This document shows, in pieces, positions 38,497-48,235 of a DNA stretch of 64,000 nt. How positions within the stretch are numbered: the first letter of the stretch is position 1; each line of letters begins with the position of its first letter. The notes under the pieces are model-generated. The model worked only from the letters and a program-made list of their open reading frames with translations. It was not told the DNA's origin and ran no database searches. The stretch lies in assembly GCA_017427485.1 (NCBI GenBank), contig JAFRSR010000121.1, positions 5,656 through 69,655 on the forward strand, read 5' to 3'. Made by a program: the position numbers and the translations under genes. This DNA is from Kiritimatiellia bacterium (GTDB lineage Bacteria; Verrucomicrobiota; Kiritimatiellia; RFP12; UBA1067).

Positions 38497-39639
38497 ATGA
38501 CAACTCGACGCAACTTCATCATGTGCGGCGCCGCCTTGGGCACGGTCTGGGCGGGAGGGCCGCGCTCCTGCGCGGCCGCTTCATCCTCCCCCGGCGACGC
38601 CTATTCAATCTCGATCCTCGGCGACACGCACTTCGACGCCGCCCCCACGAGCCTCTACCACGGCAAGTGGGTGCCGCGCCACCAGAACGACTGGCGCGAC
38701 CGGCAGAACGAGTTCAGGCGCAACCAGGACATGTGGGCCACGCGCCTGCCGCGCCTGATCGCCGCCGCCGCCCAGACGCGCCGTCCCGACACGGCCTACC
38801 TCTTCCAGATGGGCGACCTCATCCAGGGCGACTGCACCGACTACGAGACGCACCTCCGCTTCTTCAAGGACGCCCAGGCCGCCTGCTCGAAGGGTTTCGG
38901 CGACCTGCCGTTCCTCACCGTCTGCGGCAACCACGACATCCGCGGCGGCGGGGACAAGGCGTTCGACGCCTACATCCTGCCCATCGCCGCGAAGGCGATC
39001 GGGAAGCCCGTCACGAGCGCCAACTTCCTCTTCTTCCACGGCCCCGACGCCTTCATCTTCGTGGACTTCATGCGACCCGACGCGGCGAAGATCGACGCGA
39101 TGCTCGGCGCGAGCGAAGGCGCGCGCCACACGTTCTTCGTGCTGCATTCGCCCATCGGTCCGTACGACGGCTGGGGCGCGTACTGGTTCCTCTTCGGCAA
39201 GCCGGCGGATGCGGAAAAACGTCGGGCGCTGTTCGTGCGGCTCCTCAAGCGCCGTGCAATCGTGTTGTGCGGGCACATCCACCGCACGCAGATCCGTCGC
39301 TGGGTGCGTCCGGAAGGGGAGCTCGTGGAGTTCTCGGCGAACAGCGTGTGGCGTCCGCAGGAGGATACGCCCAAGGTACTCTTCGACACGCCCGCTCGTT
39401 TTGGCGAGTACGTGAAGGCGCATCCCGCCCGAATGGACGAGGACCACGACGGCTGCCTCCAGAAACGTACGGTACCCGAACTCCTTGCGCTCGTGGAGGA
39501 GTACCGTCCCGGCCTCGTCGAATACCGCCAGACGCAGTCGGCCGGGCACTACATGCTCCGCGTCTCCGGCGCGCGCGTGGAAATCGACTTCTACGCCTGT
39601 GACTCGCTCGTTCCCACCGAGACCTATCGCCTCGTTTGA
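38497..39639 (+). CDS. Tat-exported metallophosphoesterase (calcineurin-like)
   Basis: TRRNF Tat motif; GDTH, GDLIQG, GNHD, GHIH. Confidence 0.88.
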   Translation: MTTRRNFIMCGAALGTVWAGGPRSCAAASSSPGDAYSISILGDTHFDAAPTSLYHGKWVPRHQNDWRDRQNEFRRNQDMWATRLPRLIAAAAQTRRPDTAYLFQMGDLIQGDCTDYETHLRFFKDAQAACSKGFGDLPFLTVCGNHDIRGGGDKAFDAYILPIAAKAIGKPVTSANFLFFHGPDAFIFVDFMRPDAAKIDAMLGASEGARHTFFVLHSPIGPYDGWGAYWFLFGKPADAEKRRALFVRLLKRRAIVLCGHIHRTQIRRWVRPEGELVEFSANSVWRPQEDTPKVLFDTPARFGEYVKAHPARMDEDHDGCLQKRTVPELLALVEEYRPGLVEYRQTQSAGHYMLRVSGARVEIDFYACDSLVPTETYRLV

Positions 39640-39739
39640 CGATAGATTGCGCTCTATATGCCTTCTGTTGCAAATTCTCGCTGGTATCGAACCAGATATA
39701 TGATATAATTCCACCAACTTGTAGCCAAAAAGGGACAAA

Positions 39740-40213
39740 GTGATGAAGAAGACATTGAGATTCTTGCTGGTCGCAGTCGCCGCGATGTGGTGTTGCGCCG
39801 CTTCTGCCAAAGAACCTGCCCATCATGACAAAGGCGACGATTCGAGGCTGTGGTTTCCGCTCGGGCTGTCGATCATCGCGCCGCCCGTGCAGCTTCCCAG
39901 CCCTTCGCACTCGCTTTTCGGCGCAATGGTGAATCTCGGGTACGGGCAGATGACGGATGTGTGCCTTCTTGACGTGGGGCTCATAAATAACGTGACGAGC
40001 ACCATGGCAGGTCTGGAAATTGGCCCCGTCAACATTGCTGACTTGTGCTATGGCGGGCAGGTGGGCGCGCTCAACATCACGACTACGCTCTACGGCGCCC
40101 AGGTGGGTGTCGTCAACATCACTGGCGACCTGCATGGGTTGCAGCTTGGCGTCCTCAACTTCTCGTCAAATGGCGGTGCGCTGGTGTTTCCGATCCTGAA
40201 CTTCGGGTTCTAG
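39740..40213 (+). CDS. Secreted small repeat protein (GxQxGxxN repeats, LA_2272-like)
   Basis: Signal peptide; GLEIGPVN, GGQVGALN, GAQVGVVN, GLQLGVLN; ends FPILNFGF. Confidence 0.7.
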   Translation: MMKKTLRFLLVAVAAMWCCAASAKEPAHHDKGDDSRLWFPLGLSIIAPPVQLPSPSHSLFGAMVNLGYGQMTDVCLLDVGLINNVTSTMAGLEIGPVNIADLCYGGQVGALNITTTLYGAQVGVVNITGDLHGLQLGVLNFSSNGGALVFPILNFGF

Positions 40214-40290
40214 CCCGAGGAGGGGCGTTCCTTCCTTGTGTTTAGGGAATGGTTTGGCATAATAATCGCATTTATCTCAAAGGAAAAACT

Positions 40291-43200
40291 ATGAAACTTG
40301 AGCGGATGTATGTTCAAGGGTGCAAAATAGGCGTTCTTCTCGGTGTGTTGACATGCTGCTGGAGCGCGGAGGCCGCCGAGTACGTGTGGACTGGCGCGGA
40401 GGACGGCTACTGGACGAACGCCGCCAACTGGATGGTGTCCGGTGCGGTGGCCACGCAGCCGCCGGGGCAGGTCGACCTTCCGGACGGAACTGTCGGGGGC
40501 GACCTTGGCGACACGGCCGTTTTTTCCCAGGCGTCCGCCAACACGACGATCAACCTCGCCGGACACCACTCGATCTTTCACGTGACGGTGACGGGCGCAC
40601 AGACGCCGGTCTACACCTTCGGCATGTCGGACGCCCAGATTCTTCGCTTTGAATTTGAAGGCATCTTGCTGGTCGACGCCTCGGTCGTGAACATGCCCTT
40701 GCTGACCTGCGGGCTGGGAATCGTGACCGACGGCATGAAGACGGCGTTCAACGTGAGGTTCGAGAACAATGCCTCCGAGACGCTCGTCCTCAACAAGGTG
40801 GGGTACATCACGAAGGCCACCGGGGCGAGCGGTTGGCTGGAAACGACGCTGACGCTTGCCGGAACGGGCGATTTCCGGCTGGCCGGCGCGTTGACGAGCA
40901 TGAACGGCTGGCAAGTGAAACCCACCTTCAGCGCGCCGAAGGTGACGGTCGTCGCGGACTGGACCGGCTTGCACGGGCTGGTGCTGTCACGGGCGGCGGG
41001 CCACACGCTTGAGCTGGAGAATGGCGCGATCGTGGCGATGGGCGACAGCTGGTGCCAGCTGACGGTCAATTACGACGCGGAGATCAGTGGCAACGGGACT
41101 GTTCGCATGGCGAGCAGCAACAGGGGCGGGACCGTTGGCTGGTACGACGGCGAAATCAACATCGCGGAGAATCGCACGCTTACGGTCGGCGCGAACGTGA
41201 CGCTGACGAACTCGAAGTCCGACTCTACCTGGATCGGCAAGGCGACCCGAGTCGGTGCCGGCGTGCTTGTCATCAACGGGCCCAACACGATGCCGGGTTC
41301 GATTTTGCTGCATGCTGGCATCACGCGCGTCTCAAACATCTCGCAGTTGGGCGGTACGGCGGCAGGGATGGACCTGATCGTCGTGCGCGGCGGTGCGCGT
41401 CTGGTGTACACGGGCGCGGGCGAGACGACGGCGCGGATGGTCGTGATGACGAACGGCAACGCCATCGTCGAGCAGGCGGGCACGGGGCCGCTCGTCATGA
41501 ACGGCGCGATGACCACGCTTGCGGGGAAGACCGGCATGCTCACGCTGGTAAATGGCTCGAACGCAGACGCGACGTGGAACGGCGTGATTCCGTCCGACGT
41601 GACGGGCGTGATGGTGCAGGGCGACGGAGGCTGGACGCTGACGGGCGCCAATGGCGTGCAGAGCTACACGATTGCGGGCGGCGGTCGGCTGTGCCTGACG
41701 GGCGATGCCGCAACTGCCGGCGTGGCGACGGTCAGCACGGGGCCTTCAGGCACCGGCGTGTTGCGCGTCCTTGACGGCGAGACGGTGACGCTGGCCGGGC
41801 TTTCCTCGGCCGGCGGCACGCTGAACGTCGTGACGGAGGGTTCGGGCAAGGTGGTCGTGCCGGGACAGAGCGGAATGGCGCCGGGATGGCTCGTCCTCAA
41901 CGGGAAGAACAGCGAATACGAGGCTGACGGAACGCTTGCCGTCGCCTCCTACACGACGACCACGTCCATCGCCGCGCGGGGCGACGTGGTGCCGAACGAC
42001 GCGACGGCGATGGTGGGCATCACCTCGGCGGGGTCAGGCGGCGCGGACACGCTCGCGGCCGATGCCACGGCGGTCGCGGGCCTTGTCCAGAAGTCCGACA
42101 CCCCTGCGACCATCGACGTCGCGGCCAACCAGGCGCTGACGGCCGACATCCTTGCGGTGAACGACGGCAAGGCCTCGCTCGCGGTGGGCGCGACGGCCGG
42201 CACGGGCACGTTCGCCGCCGGTTCCGCCGGCACGCTGATCCTCGACAACGCGAATCCGGACGCGTCTCTCACGATCGCCGCCACGGCCGACCTCTCCACC
42301 GCGGCGACGGTGGACAAGCGCGGCCCGGGCGCGGTGCGGTTCGAGGGGCCGGTCGCGCCCTGGAACGGGACGATGATGGTCAACCGGGGCGAGGTGGTGC
42401 TCGCGAACGACGCGCAGGCCGTGCCGGCGTTTGCGCTTTCGGGATCTGCCACGTTCGCCAAGGAGGGGGCGGCGGACTGGACGCTGACGAAACTTCAGCC
42501 GGACTTCACGGGCGATTTCGTCCTGCGCGGCGGCGTCACTCGTCTTGGCAGCATCGACTCGCGCGTGCTGGGCGCGACGAGCGCGATGCTGACGATCACG
42601 AACGGCGCGGCTCTCGATGTTTCCGGCGGACTTTCAAATGGAACGTTTGAGAACTTGCGGCTCGGCAAACGGCATATACGCATCGCGGGCGCAGGGCCGG
42701 ACGGCCACGGGGCGATTCGACCGGATGGGTTTGACGCGGTCTCTGGTGCGGAAAAGGGCGCCACGAACGTAAACTATAGCCTGTTTAACGGAACCCGCAT
42801 CACGCTCCTGGACGATGCGTCGATCGGTCTCGGGACGGCGGGCGGCGTCCGATACGGGATTAACGCATCGGCCGTGATCGACCAGCAGGGACACACTCTG
42901 GTGATAACCAACTCGGGAACGTTTGAGATGAGCTATTCCTCGTTTACCAATGCGGGTCCCCTCGTGATTGCGCCCGGGGATTCCTCCATCGACTTGCTGT
43001 TGGAGACCGACACCAATCTTGGCGGTGCGGACGCCCCGCCGGTTACCGCGCACGCGAAAACGATGATCACTTTCGCCCAAAGCATGCCAGCGCAGTGGCG
43101 CCCGCTGAACGTGCTGGCCGACGACTTTGTGTTCTACAACTGGCACTGGTACAACCCCGACGATCCAGAGCGCAACGCATGGTCCGGGCCAATCAATCTG

Positions 43201-45495
43201 GTGAATCCCGAATCGCGGGTTACCCTCAACGTATACAGCCAGTCGGATCGTACGATTCGCCTCAACGGCCAGATATCCGGTCCCGGCGGCGTCAAGACAT
43301 CTGGCACGGGCCGATACTTCTTCTCGTATCCCTCCAACACGTGGACGGGCGCGAGCACCTTCACCGCCAACAACTGGCCGGGGTTCTGGCAGTTCGACTA
43401 CGCCGGTTCGCTTCCGGCGTACTCCAACGCCACGTTCGCGGCGGGTGTAGTTAGGTTGCCGATGGGGACCGGCGACCGGTGGCCGACCGACCGGCTGGCG
43501 GACTTCCTCAACGAGGCGAACATGGCGTCCGGCACCATCGTGCAGCTGGACACGGCGGAAGGGGACGCGCATCTCGACTACTCCGTCCGCGCCGTGACCA
43601 ACGCGATGAAGGGCACGCTGCGCAACGGCGGAACGGGCAAGCTCGTCATTTCTGGCCCCGGCGACTTCCCCGGCAACCTGAAGTTCAACAGCGCCTGGAC
43701 GGGCACCGTGGAGGTGACCGGCAGCGAAGCCGTGTCGATCAGTGCCGCGAAGCCGCTCGCGCCGGCCTCCGACGGATTCACGCGCATGCTCGCGTTCCGC
43801 GACGCCGCCGACGTGCGGTTGGGGAACGGCAAGTTCGTTCTCAGCGACAGCGCGAACACCTACGGCATGCTCAAGGTGGAGAATTCCCGCCTTGTATACG
43901 AGAACTTCCTGACGTCCACGGGCGGCTTCCAGATCGGATACTCGGGCACGGATATAATGGAGGTGTCGGGCGAGGGCACGGTGATCACCAATCTGTTCAA
44001 CATCGGTTACTTCGACACCGGACACGGTGCCGTGTACCAGCGCGGCGGCGAGGTCGCCAACGTGGGCATGGACGGCCAGCACTACGGCATCGTGGGCGGT
44101 TCGTCTCATAGCTACGGCTACTACGAGCTTTCGAACGGCCGGTACAAGATGCTTGGAGCGCATCGTGTCGGGTTCAACCTCGGCAACGGCATTCTGGCGA
44201 TCCACGGCGGCGAGGCCGAATGCGTTGTGCCCGAGGGGTTGAGCTCGTCCTGCCTCAACCTCGGCGTGGACCATTCCGTCGGCGTCCTGTACATGAAGGA
44301 CGGCACGTTGCGGCTGGGACCGGCTTCATTGTCCATCTGCGAGTGGAACAATACGCATCATGACGGCATCGGCGTGATTTCGCTTGACGGACCCGACGCC
44401 CGGATCGTCTACGACGCGACGTTCGACCGCCTCGGCGTCTCGTCCAACGCGCTGGCGATCGTCAACCTCAACGCCGGCGTGCTGGAGACGCGCACCATCG
44501 CGAGGAGCGTGCGCAGCGGCAACGCGCCCTGGGTCGGGGCGAAGGTCTACGTCAACTTCGGCGGCGGCACGCTCAAGCCGAGCGCGTCGAATGTCAACCT
44601 GTTCGGCACAGGCCTCTACGAGGTCGACCGCGTGACGTCCTTCGCGGGCGGCGCGGTGATCGACACGGCCGGGAGCGACCGCACGGTCGACGTGCCCATC
44701 GAGGCGCCGGAGGGCATGGGCGTGGCGTCCGTGGACGGCACGGGCATCGTCGGCGAGACGTTCGTGGGGCCGCCGATCGTCCTCATCGAGAACACGGGAA
44801 CGAGCGAGGGCTACGGCGCCACGGCGTATGCGGACTTCGATTCCGTCACGCGGAAGGTGACGGGCATCCACGTGACGAGCCCGGGCTGCAACTACACGTC
44901 GGCGCAGGCCGTCTTCCGCTACGGCAAGCCGTGGATCACGAACGCGGTGACGCTGGCCGCGTCGCCTTCGGGCGGCATCACGAAGAAGGGCGAGGGCACG
45001 CTCACGCTCAACGCGGCGAACTCCTTCACGGGCGCGGTGTCCGTGGAAGGCGGCACGCTCAAGGTCGGAACCGACGGCGCATTGCCGTCCGTCGCGCCGG
45101 TCTCCCTCTCCGCGGGCGGCACGCTCGACCTGAACGGGCGTTCGCTCTCCTGCAGCGCGATCTCCAGCACGGGCGGCGCCGTCGCGAACGGCACGCTCAC
45201 GCTTCCCGCCGCGCTCACGGTCGACGTCGCCGAGGCGAAGGCGGGCAACTGCCTCACGTTCGCCTCGGGCTCGTTCGCGTTTCCCGCGAACGCCACGCTC
45301 ACGCTGGAGAACGCGCAGGCGGTCAATCCCGACGACAAGACGTACACGCTCCTGAAGATCACCGGGACGGGCTCGTTCGCCAACCTGCCCCGCCTGACGA
45401 ACGACGATCTCGACCCCTGGACGCTCACGCTCGGGGCCGGCGGACGCGAGGTGCGCCTTGCCTTCCCGCGCGGCACGATGCTGATCTTCCGGTAA
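40291..45495 (+). CDS. Secreted protein with autotransporter-associated beta-strand repeats, no C-terminal barrel
   Basis: Signal peptide; YVWTG...W...ANW; KKGEGTLTLNAANSFTGAVSVEGGTL-type repeats; ends PRGTMLIFR. Confidence 0.8.
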   Translation: MKLERMYVQGCKIGVLLGVLTCCWSAEAAEYVWTGAEDGYWTNAANWMVSGAVATQPPGQVDLPDGTVGGDLGDTAVFSQASANTTINLAGHHSIFHVTVTGAQTPVYTFGMSDAQILRFEFEGILLVDASVVNMPLLTCGLGIVTDGMKTAFNVRFENNASETLVLNKVGYITKATGASGWLETTLTLAGTGDFRLAGALTSMNGWQVKPTFSAPKVTVVADWTGLHGLVLSRAAGHTLELENGAIVAMGDSWCQLTVNYDAEISGNGTVRMASSNRGGTVGWYDGEINIAENRTLTVGANVTLTNSKSDSTWIGKATRVGAGVLVINGPNTMPGSILLHAGITRVSNISQLGGTAAGMDLIVVRGGARLVYTGAGETTARMVVMTNGNAIVEQAGTGPLVMNGAMTTLAGKTGMLTLVNGSNADATWNGVIPSDVTGVMVQGDGGWTLTGANGVQSYTIAGGGRLCLTGDAATAGVATVSTGPSGTGVLRVLDGETVTLAGLSSAGGTLNVVTEGSGKVVVPGQSGMAPGWLVLNGKNSEYEADGTLAVASYTTTTSIAARGDVVPNDATAMVGITSAGSGGADTLAADATAVAGLVQKSDTPATIDVAANQALTADILAVNDGKASLAVGATAGTGTFAAGSAGTLILDNANPDASLTIAATADLSTAATVDKRGPGAVRFEGPVAPWNGTMMVNRGEVVLANDAQAVPAFALSGSATFAKEGAADWTLTKLQPDFTGDFVLRGGVTRLGSIDSRVLGATSAMLTITNGAALDVSGGLSNGTFENLRLGKRHIRIAGAGPDGHGAIRPDGFDAVSGAEKGATNVNYSLFNGTRITLLDDASIGLGTAGGVRYGINASAVIDQQGHTLVITNSGTFEMSYSSFTNAGPLVIAPGDSSIDLLLETDTNLGGADAPPVTAHAKTMITFAQSMPAQWRPLNVLADDFVFYNWHWYNPDDPERNAWSGPINLVNPESRVTLNVYSQSDRTIRLNGQISGPGGVKTSGTGRYFFSYPSNTWTGASTFTANNWPGFWQFDYAGSLPAYSNATFAAGVVRLPMGTGDRWPTDRLADFLNEANMASGTIVQLDTAEGDAHLDYSVRAVTNAMKGTLRNGGTGKLVISGPGDFPGNLKFNSAWTGTVEVTGSEAVSISAAKPLAPASDGFTRMLAFRDAADVRLGNGKFVLSDSANTYGMLKVENSRLVYENFLTSTGGFQIGYSGTDIMEVSGEGTVITNLFNIGYFDTGHGAVYQRGGEVANVGMDGQHYGIVGGSSHSYGYYELSNGRYKMLGAHRVGFNLGNGILAIHGGEAECVVPEGLSSSCLNLGVDHSVGVLYMKDGTLRLGPASLSICEWNNTHHDGIGVISLDGPDARIVYDATFDRLGVSSNALAIVNLNAGVLETRTIARSVRSGNAPWVGAKVYVNFGGGTLKPSASNVNLFGTGLYEVDRVTSFAGGAVIDTAGSDRTVDVPIEAPEGMGVASVDGTGIVGETFVGPPIVLIENTGTSEGYGATAYADFDSVTRKVTGIHVTSPGCNYTSAQAVFRYGKPWITNAVTLAASPSGGITKKGEGTLTLNAANSFTGAVSVEGGTLKVGTDGALPSVAPVSLSAGGTLDLNGRSLSCSAISSTGGAVANGTLTLPAALTVDVAEAKAGNCLTFASGSFAFPANATLTLENAQAVNPDDKTYTLLKITGTGSFANLPRLTNDDLDPWTLTLGAGGREVRLAFPRGTMLIFR

Positions 45496-45504
45496 GGAGA
45501 CGCG

Positions 45505-46929
45505 ATGAAAGAAATGAAGCATGTCACAGCGCTGGCAGGTGCGGCGCTCTCCCTTGTCTGCGTCGCCGGCACGGTGACGTTCACCGAAGAGACCGGCGTA
45601 ATCCGCAATCCCGGACAGGGCTGGTCGACCATGGGCGGCAAGTGGTCGTTTGACCAGTCGGATCCAGTCGTCAACGTCGGGTCTGTCTATTGCCGTTTTT
45701 CGTGGACGAGCCTCGAGCCGGAGGAAGGACGCTACAACTGGAAGCCCTTGGACGAGCTGCTCGCGTTCGCGGCTTCGAAGGGATTGCCCGCTTCCTTCCG
45801 CATCATGTGCGCGAGCCAGCATAGCAATACCGGCTGGCCGACGCCGCCGTGGGTGTTCAAGAAGGGGGCGAAGGACGAGCCGTTCATTGTGCCGAAAGTC
45901 CTGCGCGGGCAGCCGACGAACATGGTGCACCACACGCCCGTGTTCGACGACCCCGTTTTCATGGCGGCGCACAAGCGCTTCGTGAAGGCCCTTGCGGCCC
46001 GGTACGACGGCGATCCGCGCCTCGCGGGACTCGACCTCGGCAGCTACGGGCATTGGGGTGAATGGCACTGCGGCGGGCTGCCGCCGGACACGAACCGCTA
46101 CGTGGCGGCGGAGGCTCGGGCGAAGTTGAAGTGGGTGCCGCCGCGCAAGTTTCCGTTCGAGATCCGCAAACAGTACGCGGACTGGTATCTGGAAAACTTC
46201 AAGAAGACGCCGATCGTGTTCATGACCGATGACTGGGAGGTGCTGCGCTACGCGCTCGGGGACGGCCCGACCGCGCGCGTGGGGCTTCGCCGCGACGGCG
46301 TAGCGTCGCCGTGGCACTTCAAGCGCTGGATCGGCACTACGCCGTACGACGCCATCCCGCGCATGGGCGACGTGTGGAAGGACCGTCCGGTCTGGTTCGA
46401 GTTCTTCGGCAGCGGCAAGTCGATTGTGGAGAAGGGCTGGGACCTTCCATATGCGGTGGAATGGATGCTCACGAACCACGTCAGCGTGGTGAATACGTGT
46501 CCGTTTTCGCCTTGGCAGCTGAAGGACGATCCCGTCCACTATCCGCTCCTGCGGAAACTCGACTTGTACGCGGGCGCGCGCCTTGTGCCGCAGGAGGCAA
46601 CCGTGCAGCGCAGCGGACGGCGCGTGACGGTGTCGCTCTCGGGCGTGAACAAGGGCGTGGCGCGGATTCATCTGCCGTACGTGGCACAGATCGTCGTCAC
46701 CGATGCGGCCGGACGCGAGGTGATGGTGCATGAGGCGGCAGCTGATCCCGGGACGTGGCTGCCGGGGCCGTTCCGTTTCTCGGAGACGTTCAGCCTGCCG
46801 CCCTCGGCCGGCGCCGACGTGTCGTTCGCGATTCGTTTGCGCCACCGCCACGGCATCTTCCGCAACTTCCGTTTCGCGGCCCGCGAAACGTCGCCGGACG
46901 GCTCCCTGCCGCTTGGCTCAGTAAGATGA
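45505..46929 (+). CDS. Secreted GH42-like/DUF4832 family glycosidase
   Basis: NPGQGW, YCRFSW..LEPEEG.YNW, RYDGDPR...D.GSYG.WGEWH, GLRRDG. Confidence 0.7.
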   Translation: MKEMKHVTALAGAALSLVCVAGTVTFTEETGVIRNPGQGWSTMGGKWSFDQSDPVVNVGSVYCRFSWTSLEPEEGRYNWKPLDELLAFAASKGLPASFRIMCASQHSNTGWPTPPWVFKKGAKDEPFIVPKVLRGQPTNMVHHTPVFDDPVFMAAHKRFVKALAARYDGDPRLAGLDLGSYGHWGEWHCGGLPPDTNRYVAAEARAKLKWVPPRKFPFEIRKQYADWYLENFKKTPIVFMTDDWEVLRYALGDGPTARVGLRRDGVASPWHFKRWIGTTPYDAIPRMGDVWKDRPVWFEFFGSGKSIVEKGWDLPYAVEWMLTNHVSVVNTCPFSPWQLKDDPVHYPLLRKLDLYAGARLVPQEATVQRSGRRVTVSLSGVNKGVARIHLPYVAQIVVTDAAGREVMVHEAAADPGTWLPGPFRFSETFSLPPSAGADVSFAIRLRHRHGIFRNFRFAARETSPDGSLPLGSVR

Positions 46930-46964
46930 TTTTCCGTATCTCGAAAACAGAAAGGTAGAAAACC

Positions 46965-48215
46965 ATGGTAACAGAAAACACGTTTGGCATTTCACGCAAG
47001 AGCTTCCTTGGCGGATCGCTCGCGTTGCTCGCGGCGGCCAGATCCTCCGCCGCGCCGGAGCCGGCGAAGAAAATCCAGGGTTTTGACGAGACGAACGCGG
47101 GCAAGCTCGCCGCACAGGCGTGGACGCCGTTCTCCGACAGGAAGGTGCGCGTGGGCATCGCCGGCGAGGGCTACTGCTCGTTCGGCTCGGCGTTCGGGTA
47201 CCAGAACCACCCCAACGTGGAGGTGGTGGCGTGCACGGACCTCGACGCCGGGCGCTGCAAGCTCCTCCAGGAGCGCGTCAAGGCGCAGAAGACGTATCCC
47301 AGCTGCGAGGAGATGATCAAGCACGCCGCGGAGGACAAGCTCGAGGCCGTCTACATCGCCACCGACGCGGCGAGCCACGTGCGCCTCGCGATCATGGCGC
47401 TGGAGCACGGCCTCAACGTCGCTACGGCCGTTCCCGCGTTCCTCGGCAAGGACCAGCTCGAGTTCGTGCCGCGCCTCCTCGACGCGGTGAAGCGCAGCGG
47501 GAAGGTCTACCAGATGAACGAGACGACGGCATTCCGCGCGTCCTGCTACGCCATGCGCAAGCTCTACGAGGCCGGCAAGCTCGGCGCGATCACCTACACC
47601 GAGGGCGAGTATTTCCATCCCGGCTCGAACAACATCACTGACATCTCCAACAACAACAGCTACAACGGCTGGCGGTACGGCTTGCCGCCGCAGTACTACC
47701 CCACGCACTCGAACGGCTACTACACGTGCGTGACGCACAAGCGGTTCGTGAAGGTGTCGTGCACGGGCATCCCGTCGCTCAAGTTCAAGTACGCGAAGGG
47801 CAACGCCTACAACAACCCGTACGGGAGCGAGTACGCGATGTTCACGTGCGAGGACGGCTCGGCCGCGCGCATGCTCGTGTCGTGGGATGTGCCGTCCTAC
47901 GGCGGCGAGGACGGGCGCATCTGGGGGCAGAAGGGCTGCTACGTGCCGGAGAAGGGCGGCTACCGCGGCTGGTTCGACGCCGAGGTCAAGAAGATGGCGA
48001 TCGCGAAGCCTCAGCTCCCGCCCGGCATGCCCGCCGGCGGACACGGCGGCTCGCACGGCTATCTCACGGACGACTTCATCCGCGCGATACTCCTGCCCGA
48101 CCACAAGCCGTGCGTGGACGTGAAGACGGCCCTCGACACGACGATCGCCGGCGTCTACGCGCACCTCTCGGCGATGAAGGGCGGCGAGACGCTCGCCGTC
48201 CCGGCGGTGGTGTAA
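46965..48215 (+). CDS. Gfo/Idh/MocA family NAD-dependent oxidoreductase with Tat-like signal
   Basis: SRKSFLGG, VRVGIAG, AVYIATD...H, EGEYFH, YYPTH, GGHGGSH. Confidence 0.85.
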   Translation: MVTENTFGISRKSFLGGSLALLAAARSSAAPEPAKKIQGFDETNAGKLAAQAWTPFSDRKVRVGIAGEGYCSFGSAFGYQNHPNVEVVACTDLDAGRCKLLQERVKAQKTYPSCEEMIKHAAEDKLEAVYIATDAASHVRLAIMALEHGLNVATAVPAFLGKDQLEFVPRLLDAVKRSGKVYQMNETTAFRASCYAMRKLYEAGKLGAITYTEGEYFHPGSNNITDISNNNSYNGWRYGLPPQYYPTHSNGYYTCVTHKRFVKVSCTGIPSLKFKYAKGNAYNNPYGSEYAMFTCEDGSAARMLVSWDVPSYGGEDGRIWGQKGCYVPEKGGYRGWFDAEVKKMAIAKPQLPPGMPAGGHGGSHGYLTDDFIRAILLPDHKPCVDVKTALDTTIAGVYAHLSAMKGGETLAVPAVV

Positions 48216-48235
48216 TCTGTTCTGAGGGCGGTGCC

